From: Hyaloraphidium curvatum SAG 235-1 | Taxonomy: Eukaryota > Fungi > Monoblepharomycota | DNA length: 64,000 nucleotides | Assembly (NCBI GenBank): GCA_025558095.1 | Contig: JAIVFI010000031.1 | Coordinates: 434,001-498,000 of the forward strand | Reading direction: 5' to 3' | Shown here: positions 23,842 through 35,405 of the stretch, piece by piece | Layout: each line of letters starts with the position of its first letter | Position numbering within the stretch: the first letter of the stretch is position 1 | Notes under the pieces: generated by a model | Databases searched by the model: none | The model's input: only the letters and a program-made list of their open reading frames with translations | What the model was told of the DNA's origin: nothing | Made by a program: the position numbers and the translations under genes

Positions 23842-23903
23842 TCGTGATTCGCGGGGAATCCGGCCACCCGCCCGCGGGTAAACACACGCTCAAATCCGAT
23901 CCG

Positions 23904-24482
23904 ATGGTGGACACCGACCGCTACCCGAAGATCGAGGTGCGCTCGCGCAACGAACTGCGCGCGTGGCTCGCCGAGCACCACGCACGGCGCGAGGGCGTGT
24001 GGCTCGTCACGCACCTCAAGCGCGCTGGGGCCCCGTACGTGTCGCGGGACGAGGTGCTCGACGAGCTGCTCGCGTTCGGCTGGATCGACGGCGTCCGGCG
24101 CAAACTCGACGAGGACCGCACGATGCAGCTCGTCACGCCGCGGCGGACGCACGCGTGGACGGCGACCTACCGCGAGCGCGCGGCGCGGCTCGAGGCGGAG
24201 GGCCGCCTCGCGGAGCCGGGACGGCGGGCGATCGCGATCGCCAAGGCGTCGGGGGGATGGGATGCGCATTCCGACGTCGATGCGCTCGAGATCCCGGCGG
24301 ACCTGGGCGGCGCGCTTGATGCGGTACCCGGGTCGCGCGCATGGTTCGAGGCGGCGGCGCCGTCGTACCGGCGCAATGTTCTGCGCTGGATCGCAAAGGC
24401 ACGGCGGCCTCCGACGAGGGCAGAGCGGATTGCGAAGGTGGCGGCGACAGCGGGGCGTCGGGAGCGGATCCGGAATCTTTGA
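23904..24482 (+). CDS. YdeI/OmpD-associated (bacteriocin-protection) family protein
   Basis: ELRAWLAEHH, GVWLV, LAFGWIDG, TPRR..W, IPADL, LRWIAKARRPPTRAERI; no introns. Confidence 0.9.
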   Translation: MVDTDRYPKIEVRSRNELRAWLAEHHARREGVWLVTHLKRAGAPYVSRDEVLDELLAFGWIDGVRRKLDEDRTMQLVTPRRTHAWTATYRERAARLEAEGRLAEPGRRAIAIAKASGGWDAHSDVDALEIPADLGGALDAVPGSRAWFEAAAPSYRRNVLRWIAKARRPPTRAERIAKVAATAGRRERIRNL

Positions 24483-24938
24483 GGGCGTCCACGCCTGTTG
24501 GCGGAACTGTCGAGAAACGGCCAAGCACGTCTGGAGATACGGAACCTGCTCTCGCTCACCAACGTGTGACAGATCATGGAGCGGTATCGGAAGCAGTTTG
24601 GGGCAGATCCACACTAGAGGTTGCGAAGCAGAGGTTGACGGGCTGAGGAAGGCGGCACACCGCACTGGAGCCGGGAACCAACGTTGGTATTTGGCGATGG
24701 GGGCGTGGAAGACTTTTCCCTGGACGCTGCTCTACGCTATTGATTGTGTTGTCTTGCCTTGCCTTTCTGAACAGATTTTGCTCCCACGGATCATTTGAGC
24801 TCGAAATCGTGATCTTCAATCATCTAGTAGTTCGTTCAACGAAATAGGTACATCAATCATTCCAGAAGAATCGGTCGTTCGAAATTGCTTTCGACGAAGT
24901 AGAAGTAGAAGAAGAGGGGAACGGTCCCGCCGCTCCGT

Positions 24939-25814
24939 TCAACCCGACAACCACGACCAAAGCCCCTTGCCCTTGCCCTTCTTCCCCTCCTCCGCCTTGT
25001 CCGGTGCGCGGAAAGCCTCGTTGAACTCGTACTCCACGGCCGGCGGCCCTTTTTCCGCCACAGGCGCGGGCCCCCCAGGAAGCGGCACGTCTGGCGTCCG
25101 CGGGGCGTCCCCCGCCACGGAACTCGTCCGCACCGACCTCGCGCGGTCCAGCGACATGCGCACAGCCGACAAGAGCAGCGAGGTCGCGGGCATAGGGCGA
25201 ATGTCGTCGGCCAGCGGCGGGTCCCCGTCAGCCTCCGAGTCCTCCCCGTCGTCCGACCCATCTTCGCCCTCCCCGTCCGGGTCCGACCCCGGAGGACTGC
25301 CCGTCCGCCCCTCGTAGTCCTCGTTCTCCTCATCCGGGTGGTTTTCGGCCAGAAACCGCACGTCCCGGCTCCGCCGCACGAACTCCTCCGCCAGGCAGCG
25401 TTGCCCCAGCCCGCGCCGCGAGAGCAGCCCCAGCGTCCGTCGTTGAAGCGCGTCCTCGAGCGCGGCGATGCGGCGCTCCAGCGTCCTGCGTTTCGCCCGC
25501 TCCCTTTTGAGCGCCGCCTCTGCCCGGTCCGTCCGCGCCGCGGAGTCCTTCGCGCGGCTCAGCGCGGCCTCGAGGTCCGCGTGCGCAAGGCGGTGCGCAG
25601 CTTCCAGAGCCCGAAGTTCGCCGCGCAGTCTTTCGGGGTCGTCGAACGACCGGCGGCTCGTCGACCGCCGCTGCGGGGGCGGGGACGCCGGGGACGCTGG
25701 CGGCGTCGGGAGCGCCGGTGGCGGCGGCGACAGCGGCGGGGCCGGCCCGCGCCTCGCCTCCAAAGACAGCCGCGACAGCAGCACCGCTCGCGGCGGTGGC
25801 GTCGGGCTGTCCAT
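24939..25814 (-). CDS. Hypothetical protein with Pro-rich N-terminus, coiled coil and acidic region
   Basis: ORF from MDSPTPPP (25814); heptad segment ERLRGELRALEAAHR...LEDALQ. Confidence 0.55.
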   Translation of the reverse strand: MDSPTPPPRAVLLSRLSLEARRGPAPPLSPPPPALPTPPASPASPPPQRRSTSRRSFDDPERLRGELRALEAAHRLAHADLEAALSRAKDSAARTDRAEAALKRERAKRRTLERRIAALEDALQRRTLGLLSRRGLGQRCLAEEFVRRSRDVRFLAENHPDEENEDYEGRTGSPPGSDPDGEGEDGSDDGEDSEADGDPPLADDIRPMPATSLLLSAVRMSLDRARSVRTSSVAGDAPRTPDVPLPGGPAPVAEKGPPAVEYEFNEAFRAPDKAEEGKKGKGKGLWSWLSG

Positions 25815-25962
25815 GTCAAGCGGTGGCGTCGGGAAGTCACGGAAAAAGTTTGACAGGTCTTTGACGGTTCGAAGCTCGTGATGACGGAGAAGCCAACGCA
25901 AATCCGATCGCAAGCGTCCTGGCAGCCACAAAGCACGGCGACGAATCAATTCGACAGCTAGT

Positions 25963-27311
25963 TCACAGCTTGGCACCCAGCCTGCGCGCCCTCCGCTCCA
26001 CGTCCCTGCAGAACCCCCGGATCTCCCCCACCAACGCTCCAGCGTTCTCCATCGCGGCAAAGTGGCCGCCTTCCCCCTTGGGGAACTCTTTCCACCTCAG
26101 CACCTCGGTCCCCCTTGCCTCCGCCCACCACCGCGGCGCCTTCCCCGGCTCCCCGGGAAAACCGGCCACGCCCAGCGGCACAGGGATCCGCTCGGTGAAG
26201 ACGCGCCCGCCGATGACGCCGAAGTCTTCAAAGTACATCCTGGCGCTGGTGGCGCCGGTATTGGTGAGCCAGACGAGGGTGAGGATGCGGAGGATCTTGG
26301 AGAGGGGGATCCGGGGGGGAAGGTCGGCGGTCGGAGGCGTTTCGCCCCAGGTGTGGTACAGGCCTGAACCAAAAGCCGATCAGCGCTCCGTAATACGTCG
26401 GCGGCCAATCGACCGCCACCCACAGAGGTGCCATGCCAGCAGGCCCAATGGCGAATCGGAGAGCGAAGCGCCAATCGTCTGCGGCCTTGTGCGCTGGATC
26501 TCGGAATATCCTTGGTTGCGGCGCTGGTGCTTTGCGAACGCCGCCATCTCGGCCTCCTCGGCGGGGGTGTATGTCCAGCCCGAGGGGAGGTACTCGGAAA
26601 GGCGGTGGCGGATGTAGGCCAGCGAGAGGGACGGGTCGGGCGGGAGGAAGCGCGGGGCGGTGATCTACAGGCCCCCTGGTCAGACGACGCACAAGGAAAC
26701 ATGGTGGCACCCACGTGTACGCCCATGGCCCTGTCCGGGGCCACCACCCCGATCCACCTCGACACGAAGGAGCCCCAGTCGCCCCCGTGGACGAGGAACC
26801 TCTCGTATCCCAAGATGCCCATCAGCTCCACCCAGCCCTTCGCGATCGCGTCGATGCCCGTCCCCGATTTCGGCGCGGGGTCCGAGAACAGGTAGCCGGG
26901 AAGACTGGGCACCACGACGTGGAATGCCGGCGCCGCAGAGTCCGCCGGGTCCGCGAGGGACGGGAGGATATCGATGAACTCGACAGACGTCTGCGGCCAT
27001 CCGTGGCACAGCAGCAGCGGTACCGCATCCGGGCGACGCGACCGGAGGTGAAAGAAATGCGTTCCCGGCAGTTTAGGCAGGTCCAATTTATACCCCGGCA
27101 CGCTGTTGATCTCCTCCAGCATCGCGGAAATATCGGACGCTAGCCATGCGTCGCGCGCGTTCTGCAGCACGCGGAGAGGAACGCCCATGGCCCAGGGGTC
27201 ACGCAGGCCGGATGGCTCGGGCGGAGGGAGACGCGCTGAGCGCAGACGCGAGAGGAGGTCCGAGACATCCGCGGGGGCGGGGGAGAAGGTGAATGGCGTG
27301 GGGGCCGCCAT
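25963..27311 (-). CDS. Epoxide hydrolase (microsomal/EHN type) with PTS1 -AKL; multi-exon
   Basis: DLLSRL..ARLP, PLLLCHGWP, VVPSLPGY, GGDWGS, DSPLGLLAW, GGHFAAME; ends GAKL*. Confidence 0.92.
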
Positions 27312-27576
27312 CCGTACTACAAAGAGGAAGCAGGAAAACGACACGAGGGAGCAGAACCACGGAGAGTTTGGGGGGAAAGTGTCTCCCGGGCGGCATCGAC
27401 GATCACCCGATCGTAGAAGTCCGCACGAGCCGCTTCCACTCGCGTCGAACTCGTCGTCAAACTCGTCAACAGGTCGTCGCCCAAGTTCATCGTCGTGTTG
27501 GACGGAGCGGACTCTGAATGTTACGGATGTACGGAAAACGACGAAGCATGAAAGCTATAGACCATGCAATATGTGT

Positions 27577-27685
27577 ACAATCAGGAGCAGGACAATCCGG
27601 CCGTCCGCCCGCTAATGCTTGGAGTCGTCCTTCATCCCTTTGTTGACGGGCTGGTCGGCAACCCTGTGCAGCGGTGGCGCATCAG
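27577..27685 (-). repeat. Diverged duplicate of the 3' end and 3'UTR of the small gene at 29942-30271
   Basis: Direct repeat of 29907-30015 (acaatcaggagcagNacaatccggccgtccgc...tcgtccttcatccc); translates to ...VNKGMKDDSKH* versus VNKGMKDEPKH*. Confidence 0.8.
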
Positions 27686-27709
27686 TTATCCATCCTCCTT
27701 AATTAGGCC

Positions 27710-29227
27710 TCAGAATCCAAGGAAGACTCCCAGTATGGCAACGAGCCCCGCAGCCATCCCGGCAGCTGTCTTTCCAGCCCCCGAAGGCCTCGTCGTAGTC
27801 GCCACCGGCCACGGATCGAACGGGCTCTGCTCGTCCAATGCGATCCCACCAACTGTCGGCGGAACGAACGGCTCCGGGTTGGCAGCTTGCGCCGCGGCGC
27901 ATCCGTTAACAACGCTGTCCGAAGACGGCAGGTTTTGGATGTAGTTGACCGCCCGGCCGGGGGTAACGAGATATCCGCAGATGAGGGACATGTACAGCGG
28001 CGGGAAGTGCTGCGCCTCGAGCTGGCCCAGGTACTTGGTCTGGTTGGCCACGACGGAGCCGGACATGACGGCCTTAGGGTCCACTTGGACATAGTTCTGT
28101 GTGGAATGGTTTGCGTGTAATGGTTTGCGAGGGCCGGAAATGGAGTTGAGTGCGACTGCAAAGGTGGCCGGTGCTGGTGCAGCGACACACCTTGTTCGTA
28201 AAGCAGCCGCTAAGGTACTTGACCATCCCATCGAGATAGATCGGCGCCTTGGGACCGCCGTAGGCACCCCAGAGAGTCGTGGTGTTCGCCACCTGGTCAA
28301 AGCCCATGGGCACAATGTCGAGCGAGTTGATGTAGGACAGGCCCTTGTTGGAGAAAAGCCTGTTGTACTCGGCGGTCCAGACCTCGGTACCGGCCGTCGC
28401 TGGGGCAATGGGGAAGGAGGAAACCGAGGTGCGGTTGGCGGCCCAAAAGTCGACGAGGTATCGCGCCATGGCGGTGGTCTGGGTGCCGCCAAGGGAGTGG
28501 CCGGTGACAACGACGGGCACGTCGGCATTGGCAGTGCGGTACGAGTCGAGGAAGGGAATGAGGGTAGAGGCCGAGCCCGTGGCATTGATGGTGCCGGATA
28601 GGCCGAGGAGCTGCTTCAGCCCGGAGCATGTACCTTTTGCAATCTGCGACTTGCTCGAATCCCTCTTAGTAACCTTGCAGTCCAGGACAGAGGGGGTGTA
28701 GTCGACCACCTGGCAAGCATCGAAGTCCTGGAAAATTTGCTTGAGAAGGCCGAAAGCTCCCGCAGAGATATCGGTTCCCCTAATGACTACGGAAAGGAAG
28801 ACGGGGCTGCCGGAAGACGTCTTGTACGAAACCGCATAGATGAGGTTGGCGCCCGAATAGGCGGGACCCCACTCGAGCTGGAACGCGCCAGGGAGGGTCT
28901 GATCCGCGGGCAGCGGCAACGGCAGAGCGCCTTTGGCAGACGGCAGGGGGATGGCGGGGAGAGTCGCGAGCTGTCCATGGGAGTCAGGAAAGGCGTCTGC
29001 TGCGGGATCCGAAGTCGCACCTTCTGCGGCAGCACCTTGGAGACGTCCGAAATGCCCGACTTGCTTTGGTTGACATAGGCGTAGGTTGCGAGCTGTAGCC
29101 ACACCAGCGAATAGGTGGAGTCGCCGAGGGCGCCGCGCACCGCGGCCACCGAGTCCTGCGCGGCCGACGGGGCGGCGCACAGCGCGAGGCCGAGCAGCGC
29201 GGCGAGGAGGGCGCGGCGGAGGCCCAT
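27710..29227 (-). CDS. Secreted class 3 lipase, probably GPI- or tail-anchored; multi-exon
   Basis: Signal peptide MGLRRALLAALLGLALCAAPSAA; VVIRGT, VTGHSLGG, NSLDIVP, distal His (EAQH); hydrophobic C-terminus AAGLVAILGVFLGF*. Confidence 0.88.
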
Positions 29228-29941
29228 CGCTCGCAGGGGGGGGCAGACGAAGCAATGAGGGTTTGAGGGATCGGTGCGTCCCTTGCCGCGGCGCGGCATC
29301 CCTCATTGGTGTCGTCCCATAACAGAGCCGCCAAGCCACGTCTATGAGCCACGGGCCGGCCAGTACAAGGCCACCGAATTGCTGCAGATCGATCTATCGA
29401 CTCGAACCCCTTGTCGCGCCCATGCCAGTAAACTCGCGTGTTACTTACCCCTTTCTTGACCGCCAGATGACGCCACCCTTTCAAAAGAGCTTGCTCTGCT
29501 AGCCGATTGCGAAAGGAGAGTCCAGCGATGTATGTCGCCATCATGTAAGCGCGATGCGCGGTGCCGTGGTGCACAAGGCGGGCCACGCTTTCCAAGCTCG
29601 GTGTGCCCGTCGGCGGCCGGGACTTTGCGGCATTCAGCATCGTGCGCGACGACCAAGCGTCGTCTCTATATGGTCCGCTTGTGCACACGCTGCCTGGCCT
29701 CTCGGCACAATGAAGCTGAACATTTGCGATACCCGCGAGCCGTTGACTTCGGGTAGCATACCCCGGAGATCATCGAGGGGAGCTTCTTTGGCGCCTGCGT
29801 GTCCTTGTCGAACGACAAGAGCCGCGAAACGCAGCGTTGTGGGCGGTGCATCACTCCGACGGCGAGGCGAGATGCTAGAGCATGCAGATCAATCGCATTG
29901 ACGCAGACAATCAGGAGCAGCACAATCCGGCCGTCCGCGAG

Positions 29942-30271
29942 CTAGTGCTTGGGCTCGTCCTTCATCCCCTTGTTCACCGCGCTCGTTGCCAGCCCTTTGC
30001 ACGACGAAGCATCAGCGGTCCTACCCAATCCGTCAGCCGCACCAGACCCACCGCTCGCCACGGCTTCGGAAATGTCGCCGTGGAGCACGTTGCCGGCGAC
30101 GTTCAGGCTGCCGACGATCTTGCCGGCCTTGTCTCCGAGGAGCGCGTTGACGGCGGCCACGCTGGCGGCCCCCTGGGGGAATGGAGTACGAATTGGCCGT
30201 GGCTGCAGCCGCGTTCTCTGCGTCAGGCCAACCTTGGCCGCGTCCTTCGCCATGCCGTCGTCCCGGGGCAT
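29942..30271 (-). CDS. Small Ala/Gly-rich hypothetical protein, probably one intron
   Basis: MPRDDGMAKDAAK|GAASVAAVNALLGDKAG...KDEPKH*; a diverged copy of its 3' end exists at 27577-27685. Confidence 0.45.
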   Translation of the reverse strand: MPRDDGMAKDAAKVGLTQRTRLQPRPIRTPFPQGAASVAAVNALLGDKAGKIVGSLNVAGNVLHGDISEAVASGGSGAADGLGRTADASSCKGLATSAVNKGMKDEPKH

Positions 30272-30559
30272 CGTGCAGTACTTGACGAGCGAGGGAAAGG
30301 AAGAGTTGGAAAGCGGGGCGCGGGTTGTCGACTCCTTGCGGACTGGCCGCCGACCTTGTATGTGGCGGGAAGTAGGGACGCACACCCTTGGCCGAGGGGT
30401 CCAGGATTCTTCGGCCAGTCCCTAGTCCCCGAAGACCCCGATGCCATGAACAAGAATGGACATGCCGTGCAGCATAATATATGGCGGGATTCGTGCCCGA
30501 TGACGTACACAGCCAGCCCATCGGCCGCTCAATCGTCATCGCCGCCCGTCCAGATGCCG

Positions 30560-31603
30560 TCAATCCCAACCCAGGACGCCTCGCGAGTCGTATACTGCGC
30601 ACATACCAGACGATTCGTTCTTGCCGCCGGGTCCCGGGCCGACAAGAAGCACCTCGCATGCATCTCGGCCGCGCCCCTGCGCCCGCGCGGCCTCGGCACC
30701 CCGCTGCACAGCGGCGAGTCCCGCCCGTTCGCCGCCCCCGAGCCGCAGGTACTCGCACACGTCCCAGAACCCATACGCCTGCTGGGGATCCGCGGGATGA
30801 TGCAGCTCCGCGCACGTAAACTCCGCCAGCGCCTCGGTGGGGAGCGACGCGGTCCCGTCGAAGAGGTCGCAGCGCAGCAGGAACACGTCCATGCACGGTT
30901 CGACGGCGACAATGCCGTAGCCGAATTCCTCGCCGACGGCGGCGGCGGCGGGGAGGGAGGTGCCGTACGCGGCGTTGAAGCGCAGCTCCCCGCGCCGGCC
31001 TTGTCCGGTGGAAGGGCCTGACCACGCGAGGCACGATGCGGGCGAGTAGTTCGAGTTGTACTCGACCGACACCAAACGAGGACGAAAGCCTGCGCGCAGG
31101 AGGGCGATCAGCACGAAGAGGTCCGCTCCGTCGATGTCGATCGAAAGGTAATCCAGGTCCCGGGGGACTTTGTAGAGCTCGAACAGCGGCACAATGCTAG
31201 CTGGGGTGACCATGTGCCTGCGCAGGTTGATCGACGCGTTCTCGTGGCCGCCGTCGAGAAGCAGGCCGCGCCAACCCGCCCGGTAAAGTTGGAAGGTGTT
31301 GGCGCCGACGCTGCGCTCGAAGGAGTTGGCGTCGAACCCAAACTCTACAAAGAAACGCGTCGATGTGCCGACAGCGGCAAACACCGACGCGATGATGCCG
31401 TCTTGTTGTCCTTGGGACGTGTGCTTCTCGCGGTGCACGGCGATTGGGGGCAACGAGCCCGGCACGGGGCAGCGCGGCGACTTGCGGCTCGCGTTCCGCC
31501 AATCGTACCCTGGAAACCCGCCGAAAAGCACAAAGAGGAGCGCGGCTGCGAGCCCAGCGGCCGCCAGTGCAGCAGCTGCATGTCGCGGAGAAGGACCAAT
31601 CAT
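30560..31603 (-). CDS. FkbM-like methyltransferase with N-terminal type II membrane anchor
   Basis: TM AAALLFVLFGG; SQGQQDGII, FFVEFG, GWRGLLLDG, DYLSIDIDGAD, PRLVSVEYN. Confidence 0.78.
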   Translation of the reverse strand: MIGPSPRHAAAALAAAGLAAALLFVLFGGFPGYDWRNASRKSPRCPVPGSLPPIAVHREKHTSQGQQDGIIASVFAAVGTSTRFFVEFGFDANSFERSVGANTFQLYRAGWRGLLLDGGHENASINLRRHMVTPASIVPLFELYKVPRDLDYLSIDIDGADLFVLIALLRAGFRPRLVSVEYNSNYSPASCLAWSGPSTGQGRRGELRFNAAYGTSLPAAAAVGEEFGYGIVAVEPCMDVFLLRCDLFDGTASLPTEALAEFTCAELHHPADPQQAYGFWDVCEYLRLGGGERAGLAAVQRGAEAARAQGRGRDACEVLLVGPGPGGKNESSGMCAVYDSRGVLGWD

Positions 31604-31955
31604 CGAAGGCTGTTTGGTACGCGGAGCCCCGCCCCGACTTCTGCGTGATGGCATCCAGCGACGGCGGTGAGGCCGGCCGCCCGTCGTCCCACGTGCGGGG
31701 GGATCGGCACGACTGCCTTCGTGACTGCGAAGCGCCTTGCAGGCGACTTCCAGCTTCGCATCGCACGCTCAAGACCGCCGACACGCGGATGCTCCCGGAA
31801 ATCCATCAACTTCTGCTTCAATTCTGCAGTACATTCAGTTTCAATCAGTGGAATCCACGGTATCGCAAGCCGTCAGCAGCTGCAGTCTTGTCTCCTCCAC
31901 CCTTGTCTTCGCATCCCGCTCCTGTACCCCGTTCGTTCCGTAGTCCAGCCGCCGT

Positions 31956-33916
31956 TCACTCATCCGCCGTCTCGGTCACCGCCGCGATGTCGTCTCCTAG
32001 CCCCTCCTTGAACTCGGGCCGCTTGGTGATCTCGTACGCCAGCCCCACGACGGCTTTGCCGATCGCCAGGACGCGCGCCCGTGCGCGGTCGGACTTGCGC
32101 GCAGGGGGCAGGCCGTCCTCGCCGCCGATGACGAACTTCTTGAGCAGGAGGAGGGAGTCGTCGGATTTGGAGAGCTTGTGGTAAGGGGCGACGACGTCGC
32201 TGAGGAAGCGGGAGTACATGGCGCGGAATTCCCTGGTGGTTGAAGGCAATTAGCGGACCGATCAGGACAACGTGCTGAACGAAAGGCTCACCAGGGAGGG
32301 GTGACGGCCTCGAGCGCTCCGGGCTCGGCGATCTCCACCGTGCGGAGCAGCGTGAGCCCCGGCGCGGCGATGACCACCGCCGGATCGCACGACTCGACGA
32401 GCTCGGGGTCGAGGATGCCGGTGCTCATGGCATCGGCGAGGGCGCCGCGCAGGTTGCGGTGGAACAGGCCCAGGAAGCTCTCCGTGGAGGCGTCGGGATC
32501 GGCCCAGCCGCGGGTTGGGGGGCGTACGCCAAAGACCAGGCGGAGGAGGCGTTCCTCCCGGCCCGCGGCGAGGAGCTCGGCCGCGTTGCGATCGCGGGCG
32601 GCGGCGCGGGCCAGGCCGGCGAGGCCGTCACGGGCAATGTCGGCGTGGTCCTGCCTTGCGCGTCCGCCGAGGATGAAGTCGACTACCACGGCACCGAAGG
32701 AGACGCAGGCAATAGTGATTACATTCAGGGGGAAGGGCCAGAAGACCAGGACGTGCGCGAACCAGGCGATGCACACGGCGTACCAGGCGAAGCGGAGCTG
32801 GCGGGAGTAGTGCGTGACGACGTACTGGAAGGTGCTGACGACGAAGTTGCTGATGCGCATGATCAGGTTCGCGGCCGGGTAGAGCAAGTACGTCTGGAGG
32901 AACCGCCCGACGGCCATGACGACGGAAACCAAGAAACCCTTGGTCGGCCGGAAGATGCGGCGGACAAAGAACGACCAGGCGGCGACGGCGGCCCGGTATG
33001 GTGGCATGACGCCCCAGTTCCAGACGAAGCTTGCCGTCGCTTCCGCGGTCCGCACGATGAACCGCGCAGTGGCACTGACCGCAGCAATCGTCGGCTTGAT
33101 GATGTAGTCGCGCGCGGCGGTGGCAGCGGGCACGATCAACTCGTTCCAAATCGCCGTGGCCGTCCAGGTAAAGGCGTCCGCGGCCGGCACGATTACGTGG
33201 TTCCAGATCGCTTTTGCGGTCCAGGTGACAGCGTTGGCAGCCGGCACGACGATGTGGTCGCGCGTTCCTTTGGCGGTCCACTTCGCGGCGTTGGCGATGG
33301 CCATGACGGCCTGGCGGATCACGCGGGCGGCCGGCACGAGAACCTTGTCCTCCATGACATGTCCGCCGGCGACGAACAGGCGTCCCATGGGGCGGAGGAC
33401 CGAGTCGCTGAACGCGGTGGCACCGCGAGCGGCGCCGTCGCGCGCCGCAGTGAAGAGGCGCACGACCAGGCGGCCGGTGGGGAGCAGAACGCGGTCGCGC
33501 ACGTACGCGGCCAGCTCGCGCAGCTTCCTGGCCACGAAGCCCGCGCCGGCCTTTGCGGGGTCGACGACGTTGCGCTCGACGGCATCGGCCGCGCGGGTGA
33601 GCGCCTTGACGAGCGCCTCCGTGACGCGCACCGCGGCGCTGAGGGCCGCGCGGGCGGCGCGCCAGAGCACATCCGCGGCGGCCACGAGCGGCGTGGCCAC
33701 GATCCCGTAGATGAGGTACCCGACCTCGAGGGCCGTGAACGTCAGCGTCTTGACAACGTGCACGAAAGGCGGGCCAACGGCGCGGACCACCAAGACCACG
33801 GATCCGACGGCGAGGCGCGCTACGCCGGCTGCGGCCAGCCCAATGGGCACCGCGGCGGCCGCGACGAGCCCCGCCACCAGGCGGACGGGCAGGGCGATGA
33901 CTCTGATGATATCCAT
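31956..33916 (-). CDS. Membrane protein with proline-punctuated amphipathic helical repeats, two TM segments and a C-terminal globular domain; one intron ~32233-32291
   Basis: Start MDIIRVIALP; repeats VPAANAVTWTAKAIWNHVI / VPAADAFTWTATAIWNELI; TMs FAWYAVCIAWFAHVLVFW and VITIACVSFGAVVVDFIL; splices PW|EFRAM...ETADE*. Confidence 0.7.
33123..33293 (-). repeat. Three degenerate 57-bp tandem coding repeats (19 aa each)
   Basis: Units begin at 33123, 33180 and 33237, each gc(a/g)gcNggcacga...gtcca...gcgt. Confidence 0.75.
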
Positions 33917-34125
33917 TGTCGAGAATGAGGCTGCTGCCGCAGGCCGTCGCGGCTTTATGTCGGGGATTGACCCGCGTCTCAACACAGCGGCGGCGGGGTA
34001 GCACCCGCAAGCCCCGAGGATTTTCCGCCTCCACGCGGCGGCCCCCTGATCCGAAAAAGGGCAATCAATCATCCTTCAGATGCAGGACAACATCAACCTG
34101 GTCACATCAAACCATATCCAGAAGA

Positions 34126-35405
34126 TCACAGCGAGCTAGCTCCTCCTCCTGCCTTCTCCCCAACGACCACAAACATCGGATCGTGCCCGCCCATCTCCCT
34201 GGCCAACGTGATCTCCTTCGCGTAGATCCGCGCCCACTGGTTCTCGGGCTGCGAGGACATGGCCGGAGGAAGGAGGGTGGTGGAGTAGTGGAAGAAGGAG
34301 CCCTTGGGGGTGGCGAGGTGAGCAGATGCCACCGCCCACTAGCGAACGAGCTACCCACGACCATCCAGACGCGGTCCGCGTCCTTGTCGGTCGAAAGCCA
34401 CGCCCGCCATGCCTTGGTCGGGAAGCACCGGTTCGAGAAGGAGACGATGAACTTGCCTCCCGGCCTGCCGCAAGATCAGCGTGCCCGGAGGTCGTCCCGC
34501 GCCGAGGGCGACCCACCGGAGACACCGCCGCACATGGGCAAAGATGTTGAGCGGCTTGACGAGGTAGTCCACGCTCACCACGCACATGGCAAAGTCGAAG
34601 GAGGAGGCCCAGTCGTTGGGCAAGGAAGGCGACTCGTTGAGGTCGCGCAGGATGTACGAGGTGAGTTGCTGGCGGCGGATCCGGTCAGTTTAAAGGGCGA
34701 GCGGCGGCCGCGTGGCACCCACGGGATTTCGTTTCAGCTCGGAGTCGTTCATCCCCACGCCCACGACCTTGCCGTACTTTCGGTCCGTGGGCAGGTGCGA
34801 GATCCACGAGGAGCAGATGTCGAGCACGTCGATCGGTTTCTCCCGGTCGCCGTTGGTGTACGCGTCGAATTCGGCGGAGTAGAAGGAGGTCAGCGCCGAG
34901 ATGGCGGCGTCGTCGATGTGGGTGACGAATCGGGGCTGCCAGCACGGGTTGGCGGTCCGCCGCGCCGGGGCTGCGGAAGGGGACCCACGCTCATGTAGAA
35001 GAAGGAATCGTCGTTCTCGTCCATCCGTGCGAAATCCGGAGGGAGGTACGGCCATTTGGGAGGGTAGCTGGCCGTCGGAATCACGTCTTCAATGACGTCC
35101 GTCGACGCGCCGCCAGCGCGGTGCTGCGGAGGCAGGTAGTGCGACCCGCCCGTGCCCGTGCCCGCAGGGGTGGGATCAAAGGCATCAGAAATGGGGTCGT
35201 CCGACATGTCCGGTCTCGGGGGTCGGGGCGGGGGGGACGCGAGGTGCGCGAGGAACTCGGCAAAGGTCCGGCGGGGCACGGAGGTCGCGGAGAAGCGCCG
35301 GGGCGCGGAAGCCACACGGAGATGACCGAGAGGAGCGGAACGACCGCGTGTCGAGAGAGAAACAGCCGTCGCGGCAGCACGCTGCAACCGAGAGACGCTG
35401 TTCAT
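34126..35405 (-). CDS. Methyltransferase type 11 (plant/cyanobacterial-like subfamily) with putative mitochondrial presequence; multi-exon
   Basis: FARMDENDDSFFY|PRFVTHIDD, VLDICSSWISHLP, GVGMNDSEL, VSVDYLVKP, FSNRCFPTKA, HDPMFVV; Arg/Ser/Ala-rich N-terminus. Confidence 0.85.

Noticed and set aside
29300-29900. Short ORFs in longer intergenic stretches (also 37300-37720 and 45960-46780)
   Set aside because: No coding-like codon bias, motifs or recognisable RNA gene structure
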